Under the pieces are notes generated by a model that was not told the DNA's origin, ran no database searches, and saw only the letters and a program-made list of their open reading frames with translations. This document shows, in pieces, positions 1-12,493 of a DNA stretch of 64,000 nt (its first letter is position 1; every line of letters starts with the position of its first letter). Location of the stretch: NCBI GenBank assembly GCA_026770705.1, contig JANJGN010000152.1, positions 620,001 through 684,000 of the forward strand. Reading direction: 5' to 3'. Source of the DNA: Isurus oxyrinchus (Eukaryota). A program made the position numbers and the translations under genes.

Positions 1-530
1 TCATCACTCACTCACCCTCACTCACACTCACTCAATCACCCTCACTCACCCACACTCATTCACTCACCGTCACTCAATCTCACTCCTTCACCCACCCTCA
101 CTCACCCTCACCCACTCACCCAGCTTCACACACCCTCATTCACTCACCATCAATTACTTTTACCTTCACTCACTCACCCTCACTCACTCATCCTCACTCA
201 CCCTCCCGTCCTCACTCACCTACCTTCACTGACACTCAATATCTCATCCACCCGCCCTCACACACCCACTCACCCTCACTCACATACCCACCCTCACATA
301 CCCACCAACCCTCACTCAGCCACTCAGCTACTCTCATTCAATCACCCACCCTCACTCACTCACTCATCCACTCTCACTCACCGACATTCAGACACCGACC
401 CACGCCCACTCAGCACCACCCTCACTCACACCTTCACTCACCCACGCACCCTCACTCACTCAGACACCCACCCTTGCTCTGTCACTCAGCCACCCTCACT
501 TTGTCAATCATGCACGCGCTCACTCACTCA
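1..530. repeat. C/A-rich low-complexity tandem repeat (CACT/CACCCT units)
   Basis: Continuous degenerate ctcactcacc units, almost no G on + strand. Confidence 0.9.
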
Positions 531-559
531 ATCACTTTTCATAAATCGGTGTCTGGGAG

Positions 560-2215
560 GGTGGGAACTGCGGGGAAGAGAGACCTGGACGTGAGGCCTG
601 AGGCCTTGTAGTGCCAGAAAGTGGAGCATGGCTGAAGGGAGTGACGAGCTTCGTTGGAAAGCACAGAGAGCCTGGGGGAAAGGGCAGGGAGGTGGGGGAA
701 ATGGCAGAGAGCCGGGGAGGGTTGTGGGTGAAGGGTAGAGAGTCGGGGAAAAGGGCAGGGATCCAGCAGAAAATGCATTGGGATGGGGCAAAGGTCAGTG
801 AGCAGGGGGAAAGGTCAGCGAGCCAGTGAAAGGGCAGAGAGGTGGGGGGGTGAGGAAGGGCAGAGAGGCAGAGGGATGACCGGGCAGAGAAGCGGGGGAT
901 GGTACAGGCAGAGATGCGAGGGGAAATGGCAGAGTGGTGGCAGGTGGAACGGGCAGGAAAGTGGGTGGTGGAAAGGGCAGAGAGGCGGGGGAAAGGGTAG
1001 AGAGATGGGAGGGGGAAAAGGCAGAGAAGAGGGAGGGGGAAAGGGCAGAGAGGCGGGTGAGGGACAGGGCAGAGAGGCGGGAGAGGGACAGGGTAGAGAG
1101 GAGGGAGGGCAGAAAGGCGGTAGGGGGAAAGGACCAAAAGGTGAGTGGGGAAAAGGGCAGAGAGGCGGGGGGGAAGGGCAGAGAGGTGGGGGGTAAGGGC
1201 AGAGAGGCAGGTGGGGGAAAGGGCAGACAGGCAGCAGGGGGAAAGGGCATAGAGGACGCAGGGCAGAGAGGCAGAGGGGGGAAGGACAGAGAGGAGGGTG
1301 GACAGAGAGTCGGAGGGGGAAAGGGCATAGAGGCGGGGGGTAAGAGCGGAGCGGCAGAGGGGGAAGGGCAGAGAGGTGACGGAAAGGGCAGAGAGTCGAT
1401 GGAAAGGGCAGTGAGCTGGGGAAAGGGCAGAGAGGCGGGGGATAAGGGCAGAGAGGCAGGGGGTAAGGGCAGAGATGCAGTAGGGGGAAAGGGCAGAGAG
1501 GCAGGAGGGGGAAAGGGCACAGAGGCGGGAGGGGGAAAGGCCAGAGAGGGAAAGAGCAGAGAGGCAGAGGATGGAAAGGGCAGCGAGCCATGGGAATGGG
1601 CAAAGAACCAGTGGAAAAGGTCAGAGAGCTGGGCAAAAGTGCAGAGAGTAGTGGAGTGTGCACAGAGAGCTGGGGGAGAAAGGGCAGAGAGATGATGGAG
1701 AAAGGGCAGAGAGGCAGGAGGGGGAAGGGCAGAGATGAGGGAGGGGGAATGGGCAGAGAGGCGGGAGGGGAAAAGGGCAGAAAGGTGGGGGTGAAGGGCA
1801 GAGCAGTGGGTGGGGAAGGGCAGAGCGGCAGGGTGGAGAAGCAGGGGGTGGGGCGTGCAGAGAGGCAGGAGGTGGAAAGGGCAGAGAGATGGGTGGCGGA
1901 AAGGGCAGGGAGGAGGGAGAGCGGAGAGGCAGAGGGTGGAGCGGACAGAGAGGTGGAAGGCGGGAAAGGGCTGAGGGAGAAAGGTCAGTGAGCCAGGGGA
2001 CAGGTCAGTGAGCCAATGGAATGGGTCAGAAAGCTGGGCAAAAGCGAATAGAGCCGTGGAGTAAGTGCAGAGAGCTGAGGACAAAGGGCAGAGAGCTTGG
2101 GGAGAAAGGGCAGAGAGGCGGGGGAGAAAGGGCAGAGAGGTGGAGGGGAAAGAGCAGAGAGGCAGAGGGTGGGGGAAGGGCTGAGAGCCAGTCTATAGTG
2201 GGGAGAACTGGGCAA
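560..2215 (+). repeat. G-rich purine minisatellite (~20-22 bp unit GGGGGAAAGGGCAGAGAGGC) in presumed JH-Cmu intron
   Basis: Dozens of AAAGGGCAGAGAGG units separated by G-runs; the G/R-rich and P/L-rich ORFs here are repeat artefacts. Confidence 0.9.
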
Positions 2216-2375
2216 AAGCAGTTGCGAGTGGACGCACCAGATAACCTGGGCTCCACTCTCTCTAACTCTCTCTCTATCTCTCCCTCATTGTCTCTCCCCC
2301 TCCTGAAATCCTTTCCATTCCCGGGGAAAGGCTCTCATCTGCAGGCCAGTTAGTTTAACATCTGTCCGAGCGAAA

Positions 2376-3715
2376 ATGCTGGAATCGATTATTCAGGAAT
2401 CTATCACGGGTCACTTAGAAAATTCAAATGCAATTATGCAAACCCATCATGATTTTGTGAAAGGGAAATCATGTTTGGCTGACGAGGAAGCAACAAAGAA
2501 CATGAATAAAGGAGAACCTGTGGGTGTGCTGCCCTTGGGCTACCAGAAGGCATTCGACAAAGTGGCACATCAAAGGTTACTGCACAAAATAATGGTGTCA
2601 GCAGTAACATTTCAGCATGGGTAGAAGTTTGGTTAGCTAACAGGAAACAGAGAGCAGGGAGAAATTGGTTATTTTAGGTTGGCAAGATGTGACAAATGGA
2701 GTTCCACAGGGATCATTGCCGCAGCCTCAACTATTTACAGTTTATCTCAATGACTTGAATGAAAGGACTGAATGAATTTGCCAAATTTGCTGATGACACA
2801 AAGACAGATAGGAAAGTAAATGGTGAAGAGGGGATAAAGGGTCAGCAAAGGGATATCAAAAGGTTAAGTGAGTGGGCAAAAAATGACAGATGGAGTATAA
2901 TGTGGGAAAATATAAACTTGTCCACTTTGGCAGGAAGAATATAAAAGCAGCATATTATTGAAAGGGAGAGAGATTGCAGAATCCTGAGGTACAGAGGAAT
3001 GTGGATCCCTTGGTGTATGAATCACAAAAAGTTATAATACAGGAATAGCTAGTGATGAGGAAGGCAAAGGAAGTGTTGGCATTTATTATAAGGGGAATAG
3101 AATATAAATGGAAGGATATTTTGTTACAGTTTAACAGGGTGTCGATGAGACCTCTTCTGAATTACTGTGTACAGATTTGGTCTCATTTAAGAAAGGGTGT
3201 AAAAGCATTAGAAGTTGTTCAGAGAATGTTAATTCAAATGATACTGGGAGGTGTCGTCGGTTATCTTATGTGGAAATTTGGATAGGCTGGGCCTGTATCC
3301 ATTGGAGTTTAGAAGAATAAGAGCTGATTTTATTGAAACATGTAAGATCCTGAGGGAAATTGACAGGGTGGATGCTGAAAGGATGTTTCCCCTTGTGAGA
3401 GAGACTAACGATAGGGAACACGGTTTAAAAATAAGAGGTCTCTCATTTCAGACGGAAATGAAGGGATTTTATTTTTATCTCAAAGGGTCGTGAAACTTTG
3501 GAACTCTCTTCCCCAGAGATCGATGGAGGAGGAGTCATTAAAATTTCAAGGCAGAGGTAGAGAGATTCTTCATTAACAAGGGAGTCAAAGGTTAGCGGAG
3601 ATTAGGCGGGAACGTGGAGTTAACGTCACAATCATATCAGCTATGACCGGAGTGAATGGTGGAGGAGGCCCCAGAGGCCAAATGGCCTACTCCTGCTACT
3701 GATCCGCATGTTCAC
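2376..3715 (+). mobile_element. 5'-truncated CR1-clade LINE (RT domain and 3' end), decayed
   Basis: Fragmented ORFs with [31 protein letters not shown] motifs; 3' end gaatggt...ggcctactcctgct. Confidence 0.9.
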
Positions 3716-4274
3716 ATGCACATACGATTGGAAACTGGTCGTACTTACTGTAACTGGCATTCAGTTTAGAGTTCTATGGTCATTATATAGTTACCATTAC
3801 AAAGGTACTTTCGAAGGGCCGTTGATATTCTTTGTTTTGGGAGGACGTGGAGAGGGGAGGGGGCATCAGTCAATTTGAACAGAGCTAATTTCCAAAACTG
3901 CAATGATATAAATGACGAGAGAATTTCTCTCTCACTAAGTGCTGTTGATTGAGAAATAAATGGTGGTGAAATAATGGGGAAGATGCTCTGCTCTTCCGTT
4001 TTAATCCAATGAAAGGTACGTCATTCAGATGACCCAAAATGTTCTCTTTTAGTAATGGGATAGAGGCGGGAAAAGAGGTGTGGGTTTCTAAAGAGGGAAC
4101 CGATAAGTGACGGTCACCAAATGATGGAAATAATAAATGATCAAATGTGGATGTGGGTTTTAGTTGGAATATATTAGGATATATTTATAGTTATTGTCAA
4201 TTTTTGAGTTGTATGGTTACTTAATGATCACAAATCACAGAGTCTAACTTGTTCAATCGGTCATTCTTTCCCAG

Positions 4275-4574
4275 CGACACCGTCTTCGCCCACTCTCTAC
4301 AGCCTGGTCTCCTCCTGTCAGCAACACAACACCGATGGCTCCGTCACCTACGGCTGTTTGGCGATGGATTACTCCCCAGAAATCACCAGCCTGACCTGGA
4401 AGAAAGATGGGCAGCAGATTCCCACTGGATATAAGACTTACCCGTCAGTGAGAAACCAGAAGGGAACCTACACCCTGAGCAGCCAGTTAACCATCACCGA
4501 GTCAGAGGGGGAATGCAGCAAAATCAAGTGTGAGGTTCGACACAGCGGCTCAGACAAGAGCATTGAAATGCAAT
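4275..4574 (+). CDS. IGHM: IgM heavy-chain constant exon CH1
   Basis: Acceptor ttcccag|; reads [45 protein letters not shown]...[16 protein letters not shown]; donor gtaagt at 4575; C1-set Cys/Trp/Cys plus light-chain-pairing Cys. Confidence 0.95.
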
Positions 4575-4786
4575 GTAAGTGTTGGGGAACCTGTGAGAAA
4601 CAGAGGCTGGGAATGACCTGTATAGGGCCTTGGTTATAACACATTTATAGTGCTTTGCATAGATTTGCTCCCTGCAAATTCTCGGTTAGTGTCTATTAAC
4701 GGAAAAGAACCTATAAAAATGTAGGAATTAATTGTATCTGTTATCAATTTATTCTGCAAGAAATGTTTAACCTGTATTTTTTGAAG

Positions 4787-5101
4787 GTCCTCCTGACATC
4801 TTCTCTCCAACTGTTCTCCTCACCGTGAGTTCCCGGGAAGAAATCACAACCAACAAATTTGCAATCGCCGTCTGTTCAATCATCGATTTCCGACCAAATC
4901 CAATCACCGTGAAGTGGCTGAAGAATGGACAACCCATGGATTCAGGAATTGTCACCTCTCCCGCCTTTGAAGTGAATGGGAACTTCTCGGCCACCAGTCG
5001 GCTGAAAGTCTCCGCTGGGGAATGGTTCACCGACGCGGTATATACCTGTCAGGTCACTCACCAAGGGGTCACCCAAAGTCGAAACGCCACCAAGTGTGAG
5101 G
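4787..5101 (+). CDS. IGHM: IgM heavy-chain constant exon CH2
   Basis: Acceptor ttgaag|; [47 protein letters not shown]...[20 protein letters not shown]; donor gtaaga at 5102. Confidence 0.95.
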
Positions 5102-5725
5102 GTAAGAAATACAAACCGAGGAAGCAATAGATCATTCTGCTCTCCGATGTTAATCAAATGAGGAATTTATTGGTGTTAGTAGAAAGCATGGAACAACTTC
5201 CAATTTACTATCATGTAGTCAGTATTTAATTCCGATGTAATGGCTGCATTCGGTTTGTTCACCATTCAGGATTTTATCACATCACGTCTCTGCATTGACG
5301 TCACAGAGTGAGTGAGGTGGACTTGACATCAGCTTTACCCTGAGTCAGCTGATCATGTTTGGAGAGGCAGAAGATGTCTGGAACCCTTCACTGGTAACAG
5401 CTTCGAGATAGAGTGTTGGAAAGTGCATCCACCCTATTTATAAAACAGCTTTCAGTCCTGCATTCCAGGGCCCAGGAATGATACATTTGTATTGGGACTG
5501 GGGCAACGCAGATTCATCAGAATGTTACCGGGGCTGAATGACTTAAATTATGAGAATGATTTACACAGACCAAGCTGGTTTTCCATTGTGTAAAGAAGAT
5601 TTAAGACGATAGTTAGAGGTTGATATGTCCGAGGTGATTTATTCTCCTTTAGAGAATGAAGACTGAACACTGCTGTCCTCATTCTGAAGGTGAAACTTTG
5701 GTTGATATTAATTTCTGTCTCACAG

Positions 5726-6037
5726 GTGATCACCACTGCCACAACGATCCCACAATTACTCTATTGCCACCGCCAATTGAACAGGTCTTACTGGAGGCGA
5801 CGGTGACCTTAACCTGCATCGTTTCTAATGCTCCTTATGGAGTCCTCGTGTCCTGGACACAAGAGAAGAAGCCTTTGAAATCAGAGATCGCCGTCCAACC
5901 GGGAGAAGATCCCGACAGCGTGGTCAGCAACGTAAACATCTCGACACAAGCCTGGCTGAGTGGGGCTGAGTTCTACTGCGTGGTGAGCCATCAGGATCTG
6001 CCGACTCCTTTAAGGAGTTCCATCCACAAGGAACAAG
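5726..6037 (+). CDS. IGHM: IgM heavy-chain constant exon CH3
   Basis: Acceptor ctcacag|; [43 protein letters not shown]...[22 protein letters not shown]; donor gtgagc at 6038. Confidence 0.95.
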
Positions 6038-6429
6038 GTGAGCGGTGAGATTGAAGCAATAAGTGGTTCAATGAATCTATTTCCAGTGTAAGTGTAAGGA
6101 TCAATATTTACTATTCAGTGTACTCATGGTCTACTCTGATGAGCAATTTCGCCAACTAAACGCCCTGGGCATGTGGACTTTCAAGGGGAAATTGATAAGT
6201 AGATGAATGAACGATGAATTGAAGGTTGTGCCATTGGGTTTAGATGAAGCAAGATGGGAGGATCCTGGTGCGAAGCTGTAACACCAACATAGACCAGCTG
6301 GGCAGAATGGCCTGTTTCTGTGCTGTAAACTTTGAGAAACTTTCTCGTCCAACCCCATAAGTTCTCCATGAAAAGGATTGTGCCACCTCTGCTCCGAGCT
6401 GGAAAGCCGGACAGATCCCAAAGTATTTT

Positions 6430-6632
6430 ATTTATTAATTCATGGGATGTGGGCGTCGCTGGCTGGGCCAGAGTTATTGCCCATCCCTAATAGCCCTTGA
6501 CAAGGTGGTGGTGAGCTGCCTTCTTGAACCGCTGCAGTCCATGTGGTGTAGATACACCCACAGTGCTGTTAGGAAGGGAGTCCCAGGATTTTGATTCAGT
6601 TATAGTGAAGGATCGGTGATATATTTCCAAGA
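6430..6632 (-). mobile_element. 3' end of a common shark LINE/SINE family in CH3-CH4 intron
   Basis: catgggatgtgggcgtcgctggctgggcca...gcccatccctaa; homologous to 51590-51930 and 56350-56990. Confidence 0.7.
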
Positions 6633-6751
6633 AGTGGATAATGAAAAACCTTAATATTCATCACAAAACACGTTTCTCTCACATCTAACCAGCAGTTTCA
6701 TTATCTACGAAAGTATCCAGTTTGTTGACATTTATTGTACATTTTCTGCAG

Positions 6752-7143
6752 TTAAAGACCCGCGGGAACCGTCCGTGTCTGTCCTCCTGCCCTCGGCAGA
6801 AGATGTCTCCGCTCAGAGATTTGTCTCCCTCAGCTGCTTAGTGAGAGGTTTCTCCCCACGAGAGATTTTCGTCAAGTGGACCGTCAATGACAAGCCGGTG
6901 GATCCCGGAAACTACAAGAACACTGAGGTAGTGGCGGAGAACGGCAATCGCTCCTTCTTCATGTACAGCCTGTTATCCATTGCAGCAGAGGAGTGGGCCA
7001 GCGGAGCTTCTTACTCCTGTGTGGTGGGACATGAAGCGATCCCCTTGAAGATCATCAACAGAACTGTTGATAAATCCAGCGGTAAACCGAGTTTTGTGAA
7101 CATTTCCCTTGCACTGATGGACACCGTTAATTCATGTCAATGA
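6752..7143 (+). CDS. IGHM: IgM CH4 plus secretory tailpiece
   Basis: Acceptor ttctgcag|; [14 protein letters not shown]...[22 protein letters not shown], then [20 protein letters not shown] with N-glycan site and penultimate Cys; internal donor g|gtaaac at 7082 for the membrane form. Confidence 0.96.
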
Positions 7144-7170
7144 GAATTTCTCGGTTAAATTTCAAGCCTC

Positions 7171-7187
7171 AATAAACAAATAATAAA
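7171..7187 (+). terminator. Tandem AATAAA poly(A) signals of secreted mu mRNA
   Basis: aataaa at 7171-7176 and 7182-7187 just after the stop codon. Confidence 0.8.
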
Positions 7188-7569
7188 GTCCTTTTCTCCA
7201 ATCGTGATTTAAATACACAATTGTATAATCAATGTTGTTTTCCACTTTTGCTGATGTTAGACCTGTTTAGTTAAAATCGAATATTTACAGGGCTCATACC
7301 CAAGTCTTGTACACCCAGTGCTCGCAGCTCAGATACACCCAGGGTTAGAGACAGAGTAAAGCTCATTCATTAAGGGATTCTGCAAAATAACTTCACCAGC
7401 TCTCCTCCCACTGAGGAGAAATCTGACAATTCCCATTTCAGACAAACAAACACAGCACATTTAGATCTCAGTGTTCCTGCTTCTCTTATTGTCCATCCTT
7501 TTAAAATGGACGTCAGCTTTAAACTGCTGCACCACACCCACTGGGAACTGAAGTGGAGTCACACAGAAA

Positions 7570-8040
7570 CATGTCCCAACAATCCCCCATCAGGGAGGGG
7601 GAGGGTAATTGTTAACCCACTGTACTCGCTCTTGCCCAACAGAGAGATGGGGGAGGGAAGTTGTTAACCCACTGTACCCCACTTCCCCAACAGAGGGAGG
7701 GGAAGGGAAATTGTTAACCTACTTTACCCCCACTTCCCCAACAGAGAGAGAGGAAGGGGACATTGTTAACCTACTTCACCTCCACTTCCACAACAGTGGG
7801 TGGGGGGGGGGGGGGGGGGGGGGAATTGTTTAGCCACTGTACCCCACTTTCCCAACGGAGAGAGGGGAAGGGAAATTGATAATCCGCTGTACCTCCACTT
7901 CCCCAACAGAGAAAACTGAAAGGAAAATTTTAAGCCAATCTTACCTCCACTTGCTAAACAAAAAGAAGAGGAAGGTCATTGGTTAACCCGGTGTGTCTCC
8001 ACCTTCTCAGCAGAGAGAACTGAAAGGGAAATTGTTTAGA
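7570..8040. repeat. ~50-bp minisatellite in secretory-TM intron
   Basis: ~9 copies of ccccacttccccaacagagagaggggaagggaaattgttaacccactgta. Confidence 0.85.
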
Positions 8041-8509
8041 CAACCAGACAGAACAAAACTATTAGCTCACTGGACCCTCACTCACCGAGCAGAGAATCTG
8101 GAAGGAAACGGGTCTCTACTGTCAGGACTCAGTTACCAACAGTCCACGTTGGCTTCCAGCTTACTGGCCACAGATTTGAAACTCTCATCATGCTTAGGAT
8201 GTTGTAAAAACATATATTTATGCAACATAATTTGAAGATGTTTTAATACTCTTGTTCCTGTTAAGCTTATGCTAAGATTAATTTCCCATAATCCGAATCT
8301 ATACTGGTGATTGAATCCTCCCTGGGTTGTTCAAGGTTCTGTCCCTGAATTTTATGAGGCACATGATTGATTGTTTGCATTCGTTCACCTGATATCACCT
8401 TGCATCTCACAGAAAACATGTTTATGCACAGAACATTGAAAATATTCACCAAAATTTTCAACATCAAGGTCAGACTCGATCATTGGTACTGGTAAAATTC
8501 GGGAAAATA

Positions 8510-9630
8510 GTAAAAACACACACAGCTGACAAAAATGGACAGACACAAACATGCGTACACACACACATAGGCACAGACACACAGACAAACACACACAGGT
8601 ACAGGCAGACACATTTACACCCACACATGCGCAGCCACACAAACACAGGCAGACACAGGCAGACACACATAGACAAATACAGACACACGTGCATACACAC
8701 GCGCACACATGTGCGCACAATCACAAACACATGGGTGCAGACGCACAAACATACACAGACACACACGTACACACAATCACACACATGCAGAAATACACAC
8801 GCACACAATCACACACATGCAGAAATACACACACAGACACACTCACTCACACACATATACACAATCACACACACACAAACAGATAAAACCAGACAGGCAG
8901 ACTCATACAAGGACACAAAGAACAAATGTAAGTTTTAGCATATGCAGTATTACATGTTCACAATGACATAGATACAGACATAAAGACACACACTATCGTA
9001 CAAATTAAAACAAATGCATGGACACACATTAACACATGCACACATATGAGCAGATGACACCCAGACACAAAAACACAGAAGAACAGACTAACACATTCAC
9101 AAACACACATGTAGACACAAATATGAATATACTCATACACACTAGAAAACAAAAAACACACGTTAGTACATATGAAAACATAAAAACACATTGATACATA
9201 GTTCTAAATATCGATCAACACACAAATGCACATATTAAAAACTCTCTCTCTCGCTGTGTCACACACACATGCACATACACACACACACACAGACGATGTG
9301 ACACAGACATTAATATGCTGACATACACGTGGAACACAAAAAGAAACATTAACACTCATATTAGCAGGCACACATTAAACAGGTAAATACACATTTACAC
9401 AGATAGTAATAAGTAAATTTGGAAATCAAGACATAAACACACACAATAACACACGCATACACCCACATTAGCAGAAAAACAAAATATACGTAAAGATGCA
9501 GACACAAAAATACACAAATCAGCACTCATTGGCACATGAACACACACATTAACACACATGCACACCTATGGACACACAAACAAACAGTAATGCAAAGCGC
9601 GAGATACTGATGCACACACATACAAAAGCT
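8510..9630. repeat. Degenerate (CA)n-rich tract
   Basis: Long imperfect CA microsatellite; H/T- and C/V-rich ORFs are artefacts. Confidence 0.9.
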
Positions 9631-10185
9631 AAAGCACAACGCAAACGCCAGACTATTGAAGAAAGTATAATTCAAATGGACTTTTTTAACGGCATATCCT
9701 CCGGCAATTGTCTCTTTTACATAATAACCCGATAAACACACTGAAAAAATGCTCTTACTGAGAAACTGATTTAAGTTAATGATGCACCAAATATTCCCAT
9801 CACAAATAGAAAAACAAGATGGGAACTCACATCCGAGCTTTTAAAAAGCAACATTCACAGTTTCCAAATAAGTAACTCAGTGAATCTCTCCTGATATCCA
9901 TCATAATATTCTCCAATAGTAGATCGTACGAAATTGTTCGAAAATAAACTGATACTGGAGAAAAGTTGCCATATTTTCCGACACGGACTGTACAAAGATT
10001 GTAAAGGGAGAACGGCTGTGGAGATAGTTACAGAGATGGGTTACTGAGTGTCACGAACTTAATAGGAGATATACATTGAACATGGAATACATTAATAACT
10101 TAGGAAAGAGTAAAGGAAATGTTTAAAAATGATATCCTAGATTAATAATCAATCTAGTTATATCTCCTCGGTTATATCCCCGTAG

Positions 10186-10313
10186 ATTCCACAGACCGTA
10201 TCTGGACTGAAGACTCTGAGGATGATAACGGCAACATCTGGACAACCGCTTCTACATTCATCATCCTGTTCTTCCTGAGCATTTTCTACAGCACTGCCGT
10301 CACTCTGGCGAAG
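10186..10313 (+). CDS. IGHM: IgM membrane exon TM1
   Basis: Acceptor ccccgtag|; DSTDRIWTEDSEDDNGNIWTTASTFIILFFLSIFYSTAVTLAK with conserved antigen-receptor TM motif; phase matches CH4 donor; donor gtgaga at 10314 (alternative in-frame acceptor at 10194 possible). Confidence 0.93.
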
Positions 10314-10451
10314 GTGAGAAGATTCAATCCACTCACACTTCAAACTGACAGAAGCAGTTTGAAAAATCTCTCAATGTTTCATTGATTAAAACTCTAACAT
10401 AAATGTCCTAGATCAAAACAACCTGCTTCATTATTTCATCTTCTTTTACAG

Positions 10452-10460
10452 ATCAAGTGA
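10452..10460 (+). CDS. IGHM: IgM membrane exon TM2 (I-K-stop)
   Basis: ttcttttacag|ATC AAG TGA; candidate poly(A) signals at 10862 and 10898. Confidence 0.88.
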   Translation: MK

Positions 10461-11454
10461 CCGGTTGAATTTTGGACACGGTAGATTTTCCTCAGCTGTT
10501 TATTGAGATTTCTGTATTCCGAATTTAAAATATGTTCTCTCGGTGACTGTAAAAATGAAATACCTTCAGTTCATGTTTCCGAATTTGTAACTGAGACAAT
10601 TATGAACGGTATTTCCGTTTCTCTGTTTCAAATGTGCGGGATAATTATGATTGCATTGCAATAGCAGCTTATAATTTCCCAGTAGTTTGAATTCCCTGTG
10701 TAAATAAGTAACGTTTCTAATCCCTCATTCACAATTAATTGAGTTCCTGTTTTCTCTTTCAGGTCTCTGTTACAGTTGTACACACAGTTGGCAGCTCAGA
10801 GCGAATATGCTCTGTTCTCAATGTGACTCTCAGTCATTATATTCACTTCAGTTAACTTTAAAATAAACTTTTCTGTAAAATGTTCCCTGAAATTGTTAAT
10901 AAATCATGAATGTGAAACGAACTGACTTTGCTGAACTCCTTTCTCTCAGGCCCATCGACACCGCTCCATTTTCCCTATTACACTGTTTTAGCCCTTTTCC
11001 CAGGCAGGTATTTTTAACCAGTCCTGTCTGGGATCTGAAACAAAAACAGAAAATGTTGGAAAAACTCAGCAGGTCTCACAGCATCTGTGGAGACAAAAAA
11101 AAACAGAATTAACGTTTCGAGTTCTTATGACTCTTCTTCAGAGCCCAAGGTCCTTCAGTGCAAGAGTCAGTGCTTCACCCAGCGACCCATTGGTGTTAAT
11201 GCACCTTTTCTTCTGCCTTTTTATGCCAAACCCCAGAGGCAAAATGATCGTACAGCGAGGAGAGCCTCGGTGCTTTCACTCATACTCAGGCCTGTCACAG
11301 TCACATGTCAGGCAATAGTAAACAGCAGGAGTCTGCTTCATCAGATGCCCATGCAGGACAGTATATGGAGGACTAAAGTTTCCTTTGCACAGTCCCGTTA
11401 AACATGCCCTGGGTCCGTTTAGCAGGGGTTAAATAGGGAGTAAAAGTTTTTTTT

Positions 11455-11780
11455 TCTCTTTATCCTTTCATGAGATGTGGGTGTCGCTGGCAAGGCCGCC
11501 CCGAACAGCCCGGCTTCCGAGACCAATTCAGAGGGCAGTTAAGTCACATTTCTGTGGACCTGGAATCACATGTCGGCCAGGCCGGATAAAGATGGCAGAT
11601 TTCCTTCACTAAAAGATATTAGTGCAGCAGATTGGTTTTTACGACAATCGGTGATAGTTGCCATGGTCACCATTACCGAGGTCAGTTTTCAATCCCAGAT
11701 TTTATGAACTGAATTTAAATCCCAGCAGCTGTCATGTTGGGATTTGAACCCGTACCGCCAGAGCATTCGCCTGGACTCTC
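11455..11780 (-). mobile_element. tRNA-derived SINE
   Basis: Reverse-oriented B-box (gggatttgaacc) and core shared with 41230-41505 and 48600-48870. Confidence 0.7.
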
Positions 11781-12347
11781 TCTACCTTGTCCAATTAAAC
11801 ACTGACAAGGCAGAGACATCACAGTCCATCTTCTCAAGGCAATTAGGGATGTGCAATAAATGCTGGCCCAGACAGCCACGCCCACATCGCATAAATGAAT
11901 AACAAAAAGTACACATATAATACAGAAGAAACAGCTGACACAAACCCAAGACTCACTCCCAGAAGCTGGGGCCGATCTGACAAAGACACATTATCGAGCA
12001 GTATTCCTGCAAATTATTACCACAGTTTGGGGTTTATCAGGATCACCAGTGAGTACAAATCGTGGAAATTCTCAGAACCTGCGGTCTGCCTGACGCAACA
12101 AACAACTGATCTCATTCAACATCACCACAGGGATCCTCTCTCGCTGTTCCATTCCCTCTGATATGAACCTCCTAAACTCACTGAACATCACCCTGGGGAT
12201 CTTCTCTCCCTGCTCCATACCCTCTGATACCAGCTCTGATGTGAAACTTCAACTCTCACTCCACTGATTCGCCACTGCGTTTTCAGTTTTTTACCAATAA
12301 TATAAACTCTCTGTTTAAGCAGTGTGGACATGAGCAAAGAACCCTCA

Positions 12348-12405
12348 TTCCCACGCAAGGCCGCGGCGGTCAATGTGCTGAATCCTGTCCACTCGGACAC
12401 CAGGG
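12348..12405 (-). pseudogene. tRNA-Glu pseudogene
   Basis: ggccgcggcggt...gctgaatcct...ccactcggacaccagggg resembles the reverse complement of vertebrate tRNA-Glu. Confidence 0.55.
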
Positions 12406-12421
12406 GCGTTATCACTGTGCT

Positions 12422-12493
12422 TTAATCAACCAGAAATTGAACGCGAGCCGCGGCAGTACAAATTCCGAACCCTAGCCATGAGGCCAGCAGGGG
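12422..12493 (-). pseudogene. tRNA-Glu pseudogene
   Basis: accagaaattgaacgcgagccgcggcag...ccgaaccctagcca...ggccagcaggg aligns to reverse-complement tRNA-Glu; stems broken. Confidence 0.55.

Noticed and set aside
528-2256. Long ORFs up to 429 aa (P/L-rich and G/R-rich)
   Set aside because: Products of the G-rich minisatellite, which is open in several frames on both strands
1-4274. VH, D or JH segments of the IgM cluster
   Set aside because: No WGxG J motif or RSS found; they presumably lie upstream of the window
8385-9191. Cys/Val- and His/Thr-rich ORFs
   Set aside because: Translation of CA repeats
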